Origin: a virus
Virus record (IMG/VR): IMGVR_UViG_3300003154_000789
Span: 1-61,330 of that record
Strand: one strand, 5' to 3'
Length of the DNA stretch: 61,330 nt
In this document: in pieces, positions 39,406-48,940 of the stretch
Position numbering within the stretch: the first letter of the stretch is position 1
Layout of the letters: every line of letters begins with the position of its first letter
Notes under the pieces: model-generated
Databases searched by the model: none
What the model was told of the DNA's origin: nothing
Seen by the model: the letters and a program-made list of their open reading frames with translations, nothing else
Program-made: the position numbers and the translations under genes

Positions 39406-39762
39406 ATGTCATATAATATAACGAGTTGGAAGACTAAGGAAATATCTAATTTACTAATACCATTAAAAGTTATAGCAGATCTACCTTATACGTATATTGA
39501 AGTTGATGGTGCAAGTGTGAGTGCCAAAGGACTTTCTGAAGGTTTCAAACTTGAAGGAAATTTAATAGATAACAATATTGTAGAAGTAACCAAAATAAAA
39601 ACTTCTGATGATGGTAGTGGTTCAACTTGGCAAGATTTTATTAATATGCTTAAAGAAAGTAGAGGTATACTTGTTGCTATTCAAATTTGGGAGGGCGGAG
39701 ATAGCCTTTCTAAACTTATAGTAAATAATGGTGAAGTAATTGATGAGCCATATGAGTTGTAG
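39406..39762 (+). CDS. hypothetical protein
   Basis: WEGGDS motif, RBS. Confidence 0.6.
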   Translation: MSYNITSWKTKEISNLLIPLKVIADLPYTYIEVDGASVSAKGLSEGFKLEGNLIDNNIVEVTKIKTSDDGSGSTWQDFINMLKESRGILVAIQIWEGGDSLSKLIVNNGEVIDEPYEL

Positions 39763-39773
39763 GGAGAATAGTA

Positions 39774-39953
39774 ATGGAAATAGAAAAGGCAAGAGATAGA
39801 ATCCAGGCTATAGAAAAAAACATAACAGATCTTATCCGTGATTTCGAAAAGGAATATGATATGTGCATCAATAGAGTAGGTCTTGAACGTACTTATGCAT
39901 TGGGGGATAGGTTTGGGTATTTATGTCGGGTCAACTTTGATATTAGGTTGTAG
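39774..39953 (+). CDS. 59-aa hypothetical protein, paralog of next ORF
   Basis: GGGAG RBS; ends VNFDIRL. Confidence 0.55.
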   Translation: MEIEKARDRIQAIEKNITDLIRDFEKEYDMCINRVGLERTYALGDRFGYLCRVNFDIRL

Positions 39954-39963
39954 GAGAATAGGA

Positions 39964-40143
39964 ATGGATATATTAGAAATGCAGAAGAAAAAGGCGGTAG
40001 TGGAACATGCAATAGATGAACTTCTAAATACTTTTGAAGAAGAAACTAATATGAGAGTATACGATATAGATTTCGATCGAGGGATAGAGATGACACAGCG
40101 TGGTAGTTTTATTTTTAATGTTAATTTGGATATAAGATTATGA
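39964..40143 (+). CDS. 59-aa hypothetical protein
   Basis: AGGAG RBS; ends VNLDIRL. Confidence 0.55.
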   Translation: MDILEMQKKKAVVEHAIDELLNTFEEETNMRVYDIDFDRGIEMTQRGSFIFNVNLDIRL

Positions 40144-40751
40144 TAGATCCTTCAAATATAACTAACTATAATTTGACAGAAGATGAATTAGAGGAGCACA
40201 TACTTTTCTGGGTAGCAGCTGCTGGAAAGAATGGTAGAACTGCAGCAAGACGCCTTGAAGTATTTCTTACTATGATTACCTATAATGGTATGAGCCCTTT
40301 TGATGCTTTAAAAAATCAATATCTATATGATGTTAAAGAAAAAGGTGACCCTACTCATGCTACTATGTCTGAACTTATGAAGCTGGCAGGGATAGGTTGT
40401 TATACTAATAAGAGTAAAACCTTTACTGAATTATCTCATGCACCTATAGATTTAAGTACATGCTCCACTGAAGAATTAGAAAAGATATATGGTATTGGAC
40501 CAAAGACTGCTAGATGTTTTATCCTTCACTCACGTAAAGGTGCAAGACTATCTGGTCTTGATACACATATGCTTAAACATTTAAGGGAAATGGGAGTAGA
40601 AGGTGTTCCTAAGTCTACGCCTTCTTCCAAAAAGAAATATATGATATTGGAACAAGAAGTTTTAAGGTTAGCAGACGAGGCAGGAATGAGCCCCGCTGAT
40701 TATGATTTAAAAATTTGGAACAAATACTCGACAAAAGTTCTTGACAAATAG
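40140..40751 (+). CDS. HhH-GPD superfamily DNA glycosylase-like protein
   Basis: IYGIGPKTARCF HhH, LDTH, YDLKIW. Confidence 0.7.
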   Translation: MIDPSNITNYNLTEDELEEHILFWVAAAGKNGRTAARRLEVFLTMITYNGMSPFDALKNQYLYDVKEKGDPTHATMSELMKLAGIGCYTNKSKTFTELSHAPIDLSTCSTEELEKIYGIGPKTARCFILHSRKGARLSGLDTHMLKHLREMGVEGVPKSTPSSKKKYMILEQEVLRLADEAGMSPADYDLKIWNKYSTKVLDK

Positions 40752-40768
40752 AAGTTATGTATTATCTT
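40741..40768 (+). promoter_or_regulatory. sigma70-type promoter
   Basis: TTGACA-16-TATCTT. Confidence 0.7.
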
Positions 40769-40821
40769 ATATATAAGTAAGGGAAAGGCAAATTTCAATA
40801 ACAGTACAAGGAGAATGTAAT

Positions 40822-41550
40822 ATGCAAGAAAAAATGATTAGTATTAATGACAAAGGAAGAAAAACCAATCGTAGTTCTTTAGCATTCTATAACAAACAAA
40901 AAGAATTGCTAACTGTATCTGCTTTAAAAACTCCAATCGAACAGCTAGTGGCTACATATGGTTATGATGTTGTAGCTAACGTGCTGAGCACATTTAAAAA
41001 GTTTCCATATAGAAATAGTCAATGGTTTGACCAAGATAAATATCCTTCAGGTAAATCTTTTAGTGAAGCCTATGTAAAATTTATGAGAGAGGAAGTGTTC
41101 ACCGATCTCATTGAACATAAAGGTTCCACATCATACGATGACGATTTATCAAAAATTAGAATAGAACAGAAAGCTATACGAGCTCTTGGACCCAAAGCGT
41201 TAGGTTCCTTCTCTGATAGAGCACAGATTAAAGCTGAGTTTAAAAATACTTCTAGGACTTGGCAGCAGGTTAAACCAGATCTTTTTGATATGCTTTTAGG
41301 AGCCGTTGTTTATCTTGATCGTACAGACTATTATCTTATTCACAGATCTGATATGTGTTTGACCATACATGATGATTCTCCCAATAAAGTTAAACTTGGA
41401 AAACAACATGCTAAGGGAGAAAGTTGGGGACAAGTTAATCCCTTCAGACCATTAACAGAATCTTTTCTATTTGCTACATCAACTGAAACAGAGCCTTTGG
41501 AAAATGTGAAATTACTTGACTTTCTAAATAAACTCAATGTTGGAATTTAA
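40822..41550 (+). CDS. hypothetical protein, possible restriction endonuclease
   Basis: YDD...IEQKA (PD-(D/E)XK-like); coupled to methyltransferase. Confidence 0.4.
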   Translation: MQEKMISINDKGRKTNRSSLAFYNKQKELLTVSALKTPIEQLVATYGYDVVANVLSTFKKFPYRNSQWFDQDKYPSGKSFSEAYVKFMREEVFTDLIEHKGSTSYDDDLSKIRIEQKAIRALGPKALGSFSDRAQIKAEFKNTSRTWQQVKPDLFDMLLGAVVYLDRTDYYLIHRSDMCLTIHDDSPNKVKLGKQHAKGESWGQVNPFRPLTESFLFATSTETEPLENVKLLDFLNKLNVGI

Positions 41551-42982
41551 GAATATACAAGAAAGAAAAGAGGTTTTGGGCCAGTTTTTCACTCCTGAAG
41601 AACTGGCTTTAAAACTTATAGAAAATTTAGACATCACCACTGATCTAATAATTGAACCTTCATTCGGTTCGGGTAATTTTTTGACAGCTTTGAGTTCAAA
41701 ATTTTCTATAGAAAAGATTATAGGTATAGAATTGGATGAATTCTATTATGATTTGGTTAAAAATAATGAGAAATTCAACAACATGAAGTTGCTAAATGAA
41801 AATTTTTATGACTTCTCTATCTGTGATTTTTCAAAATCTATAACTTTTGTAGGGAATCCTCCCTTTAGAACACCAGCATGGTCCTTAAAAACACATAATA
41901 AATATGTTAAAATGTTATGTAAAAAATATGACATTCATGGTATAAGGGAGGAGGCAATATTTTTTATAGTTAAGACCTGTGATATTCTAATTGAAAATGA
42001 TATACCTGGTTATATATATTATATAGTACCATCTACCATTATCAAAAATAATACCAAATTTTATAAGTCGTTCATGAAGTTTTTAATAAAATACTTCTTT
42101 ATTTCCATAAGTACTATTGAGAAGAATCAATTCGACAACGTGTCCCAAGATTTAATATTCTTACAGTTGGAAAAGAAACAAGATTTAAAAAAGATACAAG
42201 AATATATAATGGTAGATACAGAAAAGATAGATCTAAAAGAATATATATTTGGAAAGGATGACCTTATACCACATCAAGAAATTTTCAAGAGATCATACTT
42301 AGGTTCAGTTCCTTGTGAGAGTATATTTATATCTATTTCTGGTGAGCCTATAGAACATTTCAGACAGCGTCTTATAAAACTTTTTTATTGTAATATTAAA
42401 AACAATGAGGAACTATTATCATTATTATCTTTTGATGGAAAACGCTATCTTAAAGTTTTGGGGTCTGGTTCAGAAGCAAATGTGGATTCAAAATTAGACA
42501 TAATAACAAATTATATAAATGAAATTAAACGAAGAATAGATCTTAATATTTTTAGCGATAGTAATAATTATAAACCTATAAGACATAGAAAGGAAGATAG
42601 GTATTACTTTAGACATAGAGATCTTAAGGGTTTAAGTTTTGTTTATGAGTTAAACCCAAATCCAGGACAGTCTTTTTATTTTACTGGTAATCCATCACAT
42701 TCATCCACAGATTACTTTGGATATTGTTCTTATGATGTGACACGAAATTCTAGTCCAGGGGCGTGTAGAACAATTCCTTTAGAGGACTTGGAGGAGAATT
42801 TAGTAGAGGAATTTAAGGTTTATTGGAACGAAAATACTAATGGATTAGATTATAAATACATCTTTGATTATATAATTTTTATATCTAAAACACAGTGGTA
42901 TAGAGATATCAAGAAAGAAAAAAGACGTATGTATTTTTCTCTTCCAAAGAAGTTTAATAGATTATTTCTTGAGAGTACTTGA
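41537..42982 (+). CDS. N6-adenine DNA methyltransferase
   Basis: LGQFFTP, IEPSFGSGNF, GIELD, GNPPF. Confidence 0.85.
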   Translation: MLEFKNIQERKEVLGQFFTPEELALKLIENLDITTDLIIEPSFGSGNFLTALSSKFSIEKIIGIELDEFYYDLVKNNEKFNNMKLLNENFYDFSICDFSKSITFVGNPPFRTPAWSLKTHNKYVKMLCKKYDIHGIREEAIFFIVKTCDILIENDIPGYIYYIVPSTIIKNNTKFYKSFMKFLIKYFFISISTIEKNQFDNVSQDLIFLQLEKKQDLKKIQEYIMVDTEKIDLKEYIFGKDDLIPHQEIFKRSYLGSVPCESIFISISGEPIEHFRQRLIKLFYCNIKNNEELLSLLSFDGKRYLKVLGSGSEANVDSKLDIITNYINEIKRRIDLNIFSDSNNYKPIRHRKEDRYYFRHRDLKGLSFVYELNPNPGQSFYFTGNPSHSSTDYFGYCSYDVTRNSSPGACRTIPLEDLEENLVEEFKVYWNENTNGLDYKYIFDYIIFISKTQWYRDIKKEKRRMYFSLPKKFNRLFLEST

Positions 42983-43006
42983 CAAATAGTAGTTATGCAT
43001 TATATT
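42979..43006 (+). promoter_or_regulatory. sigma70-type promoter for suppressor tRNA
   Basis: TTGACA-16-TATATT. Confidence 0.7.
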
Positions 43007-43027
43007 ATATGTATGAAAAACGGATAT

Positions 43028-43103
43028 GGCTCAGTAGCTAAGTTGGCGTAGCGGATGCCTCTAAAACATTGAAACATGGGTTCGAGTCCCATCTGAGCCA
43101 CCA
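43028..43103 (+). tRNA. Amber suppressor tRNA (CTA)
   Basis: Canonical register GGCTCAG-TA-GCTA..TAGC-G-GATGC-CTCTAAA-ACATT-GAAAC-ATGGG-TTCGAGT-CCCAT-CTGAGCC-A-CCA. Confidence 0.82.
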
Positions 43104-43122
43104 TTAAGAAAAGGAGAATTAT

Positions 43123-44013
43123 ATGAAAAACGAAGCATTGTATAAGAATTTTGACAATATCCCAACCCGTAAAGGAAGAGGTGGAGTATATCCTTATGTC
43201 CGTTGGCAAGATGTAGCCGATAGGATGAACGAGGTATTTGGCACTAACTGGTCTAGTGAAGTTTTATTTCAGGATATTATTGGAGCTAACGTCATAGTCA
43301 GAGTTAGAGTGACGATTACTGATTCAGAAAAAGGAATATTTTTTACGCAAGAAGGATTTGGCGGAGCTCCTAATGATGCTAACGCAGAAGCTGGCACACC
43401 CTTCAAGTCTGCGTATTCCAAAGCATTAAAAGATGCCTGTAAAAAGTGGGGAGTTGGGTTATATCTTGATGAAGACGATGATAGTAGTAGTATGTCCACG
43501 CCAACATTGCCTACCGGATATATGGGAAAAGAAATTGGGGTACCTCCAAGTATTCCAGTTTTAACAGAAGACCCTGGTGTTTTTTCTAAATCTGCACCAC
43601 CTTTTCCCCCAGTAGTAGGCGAAAGTAGTATGCCCCTGCCCCCAGGAGTTGGTGGAGGTATGCCTTTGCCCCCAGGAGTTGGTATGAATAATTCACACAC
43701 AATTGTTGTTCCCGAGACTCCTACGCTGCCTTCTATGCCTTCGATTCCACCTACGGTGAATCTAAAGGATAACACCCCAATGTCAAAAGTTGGTGTTATT
43801 AATACTGGGGAACCTGAATATATCTCCGATGTGCAGAGAGCAGCATTACAGAGTATATTAAGTATTAAAGGTGTAGATTATAAAACCCTAGCTCAAGAAG
43901 CATTTGAATTTAATGGACTTACGATAAGCCCTATTCCTGAAGCAGATAAGTTATCTTATCAGGAAGCTGTTTATGTAATTAAATTTGGTAACGATAAATT
44001 TCGTAAACGATAA
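43123..44013 (+). CDS. Rad52/Rad22-family single-strand annealing protein with Pro-rich linker
   Basis: RKGRGG..YV, VADRMNEVFG.NWS, KSAYSKALKDACKKWGVGLYL. Confidence 0.8.
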   Translation: MKNEALYKNFDNIPTRKGRGGVYPYVRWQDVADRMNEVFGTNWSSEVLFQDIIGANVIVRVRVTITDSEKGIFFTQEGFGGAPNDANAEAGTPFKSAYSKALKDACKKWGVGLYLDEDDDSSSMSTPTLPTGYMGKEIGVPPSIPVLTEDPGVFSKSAPPFPPVVGESSMPLPPGVGGGMPLPPGVGMNNSHTIVVPETPTLPSMPSIPPTVNLKDNTPMSKVGVINTGEPEYISDVQRAALQSILSIKGVDYKTLAQEAFEFNGLTISPIPEADKLSYQEAVYVIKFGNDKFRKR

Positions 44014-44026
44014 GGAAAATAATAAT

Positions 44027-45964
44027 ATGTCAGAAAATTATAAAGTTCATAAAGCTTGGATTAAAGAAGCAGAATTTGAGATTTTAGTTCTAGAAGTTCC
44101 TGGAGCTGAAATAGAGGATAAGTTAGCTTATCTTGCTAGAGATAAGGGAAACATCAACAGAAGTTTTTACGAAGATTTTGTTATTGCTACTTGTGTAGCT
44201 AATATTAATCAGTTGTTATTTCATATCAAACAGCAAGCTAACTTACCTCCTAGTTTAATGCAGGTTCGAGAAGAGGTGATGAAACAGGTTCTTAAGGTTA
44301 ATCCACTACTTGAGCCAGATAATTTAGTTATCAATCGTAATTCTGTTATTAAACTTAAAGGTATAGACGGACTGAAAGATGATGAACGCCTTTTAACAGA
44401 AAATAAACATTGGAATATCTCCTATTATGATGAGGCTACAGATCCAATAGAAGACGCCCCTGTCATGCCGAAAGATGTATCGAATGATAAGAAAGATAAG
44501 AAGGGTTTACCATCTGAGATGAAGAATATTGAAGATTTAGCATTTGGGATAGTCAAGCAATGGTGGAAGCGTATAAATAGGTATGTCGAAGTCAAGAAAT
44601 ATAATGAACAAGATATGGGAAGTCTTTTAAGTCAGAGATTTTTTCATAATAGATCTAGTTTTCAGACTTATATAGTATCAATTTGTGTCGTGGATTCTGA
44701 GGATTTGTTTATAATGTTAGATAACATGGGTCTTCCTAATAGAGTTGCTCCCCCAATTTTGATGCATGAGGTGTACGAACTTTGTAAAGAAGCGAATCCA
44801 TTTTTGACCTATGAGAATGCACAAGATTTAACAGACAAGCTTGAGGAAGAAGATGATGAACCTAAAAATCAGAAACCTCAATCACCAAATAGAATGGCTT
44901 CTCATGCACGTCAGCAAAACACAAAGAAAAAGAAGCAGAAGAAAACATTTAAGGATGTACATAAAGAGGATCTATTAAAACTTGCAGACACCATGAAAGT
45001 GTTTGTTATTGGACAAGATGCAGCTGTAGATCAGATTGTAGAAGCCGTTCAGAGAGCCAGCGTCGGTCTTAAAGACCCAGTAAAACCCATTGGTTCATTT
45101 CTATTTGCTGGTAGAACTGGTGTTGGTAAGACTTTGACTACCAAAGTTCTTGCTGATGAACTTATTAAAGATAGAAATAATCTAGTTACTATAGATTGTT
45201 CTGAATACTCCGCTGATCATGAATATGCTAAACTTATTGGTAGCCCTTCTGGGTACGTAGGGCATGAACAGGGTGGTATTCTTACAAATGCTATTCTTGA
45301 GGATCCATTTAGCGTAGTTGTTTTCGATGAGATAGAAAAGGCAAGTCATAAAGTGCATGAACTTATGCTACAAATACTTGAAGAAGGGCGTTTAACAGAT
45401 GGTAAAGGGCAAAAAGTATCGTTCAAAGATACAGTAATTATTATGACTTCCAATATTGGTGTGTCTGAAGTTGATGATGTGAAGAAAACTATTGGCTTTG
45501 GTGATGTTGGAAAACTCACAGAAGACAAGAAAACAAAAGCTATTGACGGAGCTATTAAGAAAAAATTTAAGCCAGAGTTTTTGAATCGTATCGACTCTGT
45601 AGTTCACTTTCGTTCTTTATGCAAGGCGGATTATTCAAGAATTATAGATATAGAACTCTATAAATTGAATGAAAATCTTAGAACTAATGATACCGAGTTT
45701 AAAGATTTGGAATTGGAGTTTGACAAAAAAATCAAAGCTCATATTTTTAAACATGGTATCGATGAAGATTTTGGTGCTAGACCACTTAAACGATGTATTG
45801 AAAAAGAAATATCTACTCCTCTTGCTGTAAGACTTTTAAGGGGAGATATCGATGTAAATGCTACCGTTATGGTAACTATGCGACAAGCTAAAGTCGATTT
45901 TGATATAAAGAAAGCTGAAGTAAAAGAAGAGGGAGAGGAGATTTTTAAGACCTCAATCTGTTAA
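44027..45964 (+). CDS. ClpA/ClpB-like AAA+ ATPase (single D2 module)
   Basis: VIGQD, GRTGVGKT, LIGSPSGYVG, FDEIEKA, GRLTD, KPEFLNRID, GARPL. Confidence 0.9.
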   Translation: MSENYKVHKAWIKEAEFEILVLEVPGAEIEDKLAYLARDKGNINRSFYEDFVIATCVANINQLLFHIKQQANLPPSLMQVREEVMKQVLKVNPLLEPDNLVINRNSVIKLKGIDGLKDDERLLTENKHWNISYYDEATDPIEDAPVMPKDVSNDKKDKKGLPSEMKNIEDLAFGIVKQWWKRINRYVEVKKYNEQDMGSLLSQRFFHNRSSFQTYIVSICVVDSEDLFIMLDNMGLPNRVAPPILMHEVYELCKEANPFLTYENAQDLTDKLEEEDDEPKNQKPQSPNRMASHARQQNTKKKKQKKTFKDVHKEDLLKLADTMKVFVIGQDAAVDQIVEAVQRASVGLKDPVKPIGSFLFAGRTGVGKTLTTKVLADELIKDRNNLVTIDCSEYSADHEYAKLIGSPSGYVGHEQGGILTNAILEDPFSVVVFDEIEKASHKVHELMLQILEEGRLTDGKGQKVSFKDTVIIMTSNIGVSEVDDVKKTIGFGDVGKLTEDKKTKAIDGAIKKKFKPEFLNRIDSVVHFRSLCKADYSRIIDIELYKLNENLRTNDTEFKDLELEFDKKIKAHIFKHGIDEDFGARPLKRCIEKEISTPLAVRLLRGDIDVNATVMVTMRQAKVDFDIKKAEVKEEGEEIFKTSIC

Positions 45965-46006
45965 AATATAATATAGTGGGGTGAGATTCCCCACACAAGG
46001 AATACT

Positions 46007-46501
46007 ATGGATCTAAGAGAACTGGAAGACTATGTATCTATAATGTTAGGACAATTGCGTGTAGCCTTTAAAAAGTTTAATATAATCAGAGGCATTTCTA
46101 CTCAATTTATTATCGAGGATTTTGGTTTAATAATTTGTTGTATAAATAGAGTCGATTACGCTCAAGTTAATGATATGCTTGTTAAGAATTATTCTGATTG
46201 GAGACTATTTTATGTAACCACTAATGATGATATAGCCACAAAAAAAGATGAAGTACTATGGCATTTGATGCGTTGTGGTTATATGAAGTGGTTACGATAC
46301 ACTTTCCCAAGACAAGTTAAGAGTATCATCAATGGCACAGAGAGTCTAGGGCAGAAGATTATAAGGGAGCGTTTGAGAATTTGGGCAAACAAACCAAAAT
46401 ATAAATTTCTTATTGAAGACAATAAAGCAGCATTGATAAATGGTGTGCTAAGAGAATTAACAAGTGATCCTAGCTTTTTTGATTATATGCCGGAGGAATA
46501 G
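46007..46501 (+). CDS. hypothetical protein
   Basis: AAGGA RBS. Confidence 0.55.
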   Translation: MDLRELEDYVSIMLGQLRVAFKKFNIIRGISTQFIIEDFGLIICCINRVDYAQVNDMLVKNYSDWRLFYVTTNDDIATKKDEVLWHLMRCGYMKWLRYTFPRQVKSIINGTESLGQKIIRERLRIWANKPKYKFLIEDNKAALINGVLRELTSDPSFFDYMPEE

Positions 46502-46504
46502 ATT

Positions 46505-46708
46505 ATGCTAAAAGATAACGGTAGGTTAAAACCAGCTTCAAAAGCTGAAATGGCAAGTCTTAAAAAAGATAAAAGCATGTACTGTCTTAAGTGTAAGGAA
46601 TATAAAAATATATCAAAAGTCGAATTTGCAAATACAAAATGTGATTGTTGTGGAGAACAGCTTGTAGATTCTACCATAGCAAGTAATAAAGCCATTGGAA
46701 AATGGTAA
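46505..46708 (+). CDS. small Zn-ribbon protein
   Basis: CLKC...CDCC. Confidence 0.5.
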   Translation: MLKDNGRLKPASKAEMASLKKDKSMYCLKCKEYKNISKVEFANTKCDCCGEQLVDSTIASNKAIGKW

Positions 46709-47505
46709 CGGAGATTCACATGACAGAAGAACGTAGTATTACTAATGGTAATTCTGAGGATAAAGATCTAAAGGAACATAAAGATCATAAAGAAATTCAG
46801 ATAGTATTAGATTCTACTTATCCATTACTACAGAAGTTTAGAGAGATTTGTCCCGGTACGTATAAACATTCTCAAGCTATAGTATCTATAATAGAAGGGG
46901 TGGCATTAGCTTTAGGATTAAATGTTACAAAGATGAAGATAATGGCTCAATACCATGATATAGGAAAGATGTTTTCTCCTAAGTGTTTTACAGAAAATCA
47001 GGTAGATGAAGAAAATCCACACGATAAACTTACTCCTATGGTGAGTTATAATATTATAACACGTCACGTTTCCGATAGCGTCACTATATTGATAAACGAT
47101 CATAATTTTCCTAGGGATATTATAGAAGCAATCAGCCAACACCATGGTACTTCTGTACTTAGATATTTTTTTGATAAATCAGGGACAGATATAGAAGATG
47201 CCTTTCGTTATAAGACGCATAAACCTGTATGTATAGAGTCAGCAGTGCTCATGATCTGTGATCAAATAGAAGCAACATCTAGATCTTTTATGCAGTCTAA
47301 TAAATTTGATACTCAGTTGGTGATAGATAAAACTATAAATTCACTAATAGACGATGGGCAATTAGATGAAGTAGTGATGCGTCTTGGGGACTTGAAAAAG
47401 ATTAAAGAGGCTCTGAAAAAAGAAATAGAAGGCTCCTATCAAAAGCGTGTGGATTATGATAGGGCAAAAGAAAAGATTAAGGATACTATAATAAAGGAAA
47501 ATTAA
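46702..47505 (+). CDS. HDIG/HD phosphohydrolase (soluble domain of 7TM-HD/PgpH-like)
   Basis: PGTYKHS, YHDIGK, FTENQ, QHHGT, FRY, MICD..EA. Confidence 0.8.
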   Translation: MVTEIHMTEERSITNGNSEDKDLKEHKDHKEIQIVLDSTYPLLQKFREICPGTYKHSQAIVSIIEGVALALGLNVTKMKIMAQYHDIGKMFSPKCFTENQVDEENPHDKLTPMVSYNIITRHVSDSVTILINDHNFPRDIIEAISQHHGTSVLRYFFDKSGTDIEDAFRYKTHKPVCIESAVLMICDQIEATSRSFMQSNKFDTQLVIDKTINSLIDDGQLDEVVMRLGDLKKIKEALKKEIEGSYQKRVDYDRAKEKIKDTIIKEN

Positions 47506-47506
47506 T

Positions 47507-47917
47507 ATGCCTGTATGGGGATGGTATGTAATAGTAATTATAGCAACATTGTTGATAGCAGTTTCTTATCACCTTAAAGAAACCATAAAATATAATAAAA
47601 AGCTTAAAATTGAGAATGATAAAATATTAAGTCAGAAGAAGAGTTCTGAAGTTAGACTAGGAAGAATAGGGGAACAAATGGCTCCATTCTTTCAAAGTTG
47701 GCCACTTGATCCTAATGGTTTTAAGTTTTTAGGAAATCCAGTTGATGGAATATCATTTGAACAAGAGGCTATTTACTTTATTGAAATAAAAACTGGTAAG
47801 GCTAGGCTTACTGAAAGTCAAAAAAATGTGAAGCGTCTTATTAAAGAAGGTAAAGTATATTTTACTACCTTTAGAGTAAGTGAAGACGGCTGTTCATTTA
47901 AAGTAGAAGAGGATTAA
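47507..47917 (+). CDS. Membrane-anchored Holliday-junction-resolvase-like endonuclease
   Basis: N-terminal TM; G.IGEQMAPF, FLGNPVD, FIEIKTG. Confidence 0.75.
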   Translation: MPVWGWYVIVIIATLLIAVSYHLKETIKYNKKLKIENDKILSQKKSSEVRLGRIGEQMAPFFQSWPLDPNGFKFLGNPVDGISFEQEAIYFIEIKTGKARLTESQKNVKRLIKEGKVYFTTFRVSEDGCSFKVEED

Positions 47918-47919
47918 AT

Positions 47920-48114
47920 ATGAATAAAAGAGAAAAGAAATGGTTCAAAGGTGGTGGTCCATTTTCCGAAATAAATAAATTCACTACAGATTTTAAAATG
48001 ATATCAATGAGTGGTGAGATTTTATTTGGAGTTCCTTCTTTTGATCCAGGCGATCTTCTTGATATGGAAAAAGCACCCTGGCCCGACGAATTAGATGAGA
48101 ATCATACAAAATAA
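47920..48114 (+). CDS. hypothetical protein
   Basis: GAGGA RBS. Confidence 0.45.
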   Translation: MNKREKKWFKGGGPFSEINKFTTDFKMISMSGEILFGVPSFDPGDLLDMEKAPWPDELDENHTK

Positions 48115-48241
48115 TAATGAGGAGATAATATGGAGCATCTAACTTTTTATCAGGGGCTGATGTTAGGAATAGTTATAGGCTTCTTTATAGGGGCAATTGT
48201 AATGGCATTTGTAGCGTTAAATCATTAGGAGGATATTATAT

Positions 48242-48439
48242 ATGGCACATAGATGGATTTTAAAAGAGCAACCGTTAGATGAAGATGGTAATCCACCACC
48301 TTTTTCTTCATTCAATTTACCTATGATGGTATTGAGTACCTCCTTTGCCTGTGAAGAAATGGGTCTGACACAAGGTACACCTTTAACAGATGCCTATTAT
48401 AGGACGATTACACATCCAGATAAGATGAAAAAAGGATAA
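48242..48439 (+). CDS. hypothetical protein
   Basis: AGGAGG RBS. Confidence 0.5.
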   Translation: MAHRWILKEQPLDEDGNPPPFSSFNLPMMVLSTSFACEEMGLTQGTPLTDAYYRTITHPDKMKKG

Positions 48440-48443
48440 ATAA

Positions 48444-48926
48444 ATGAAATTTAAAGTACTTATTATATTATTGTTATTTTTATTGCTGCCTATATCTCTC
48501 TTTGCTGCTAATGAAATTAGAATAGAAGCTAAGCCTACAAAGGAAATGAAAGAATTAAGTATAGATTGTAATACGTTAAATTTATCTACTCTAAGAATAT
48601 TTCTAACTAGAAAAACTATACCAACTAAAGTTTACTTCTATTCTGCAATTTATTACAATGATATACTTGGAACAGCTTACTACATTGCTAGAACAGATAT
48701 TCTAAATAGATATGTATTTATATCATATGGTCCTGGAGAGCCCATAAGATCCCAGTTCTATGGTATGGGTTTTATTATTCTATTAAATTATTGGGAAGAC
48801 ACTGCATTCTATGATGTTTTCAAACATAAAACTTGTGCGGAATTAAAACAATATCATTTTATCTATGGTTTTTCTAGCAAAACTGACATGAGTGATTTCG
48901 AAGGAGCCGAATTCTATTTTAAATAA
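48444..48926 (+). CDS. putative secreted protein
   Basis: Signal peptide MKFKVLIILLLFLLLPISLFA. Confidence 0.55.
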   Translation: MKFKVLIILLLFLLLPISLFAANEIRIEAKPTKEMKELSIDCNTLNLSTLRIFLTRKTIPTKVYFYSAIYYNDILGTAYYIARTDILNRYVFISYGPGEPIRSQFYGMGFIILLNYWEDTAFYDVFKHKTCAELKQYHFIYGFSSKTDMSDFEGAEFYFK

Positions 48927-48940
48927 TATTCTAACTTCTA

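Noticed and set aside
43028-43103. tRNA-Pyl or tRNA-Arg(TCT) reading
   Set aside because: The cloverleaf spacing is canonical and lacks Pyl hallmarks (6-bp anticodon stem, tiny D loop). The TCT register gives no anticodon stem.
43625-43683. Repeat GTATGCC..TGCCCCCAGGAGTTGGT
   Set aside because: Coding duplication (MPLPPGVG twice) in the Pro-rich linker of the Rad52-like protein.
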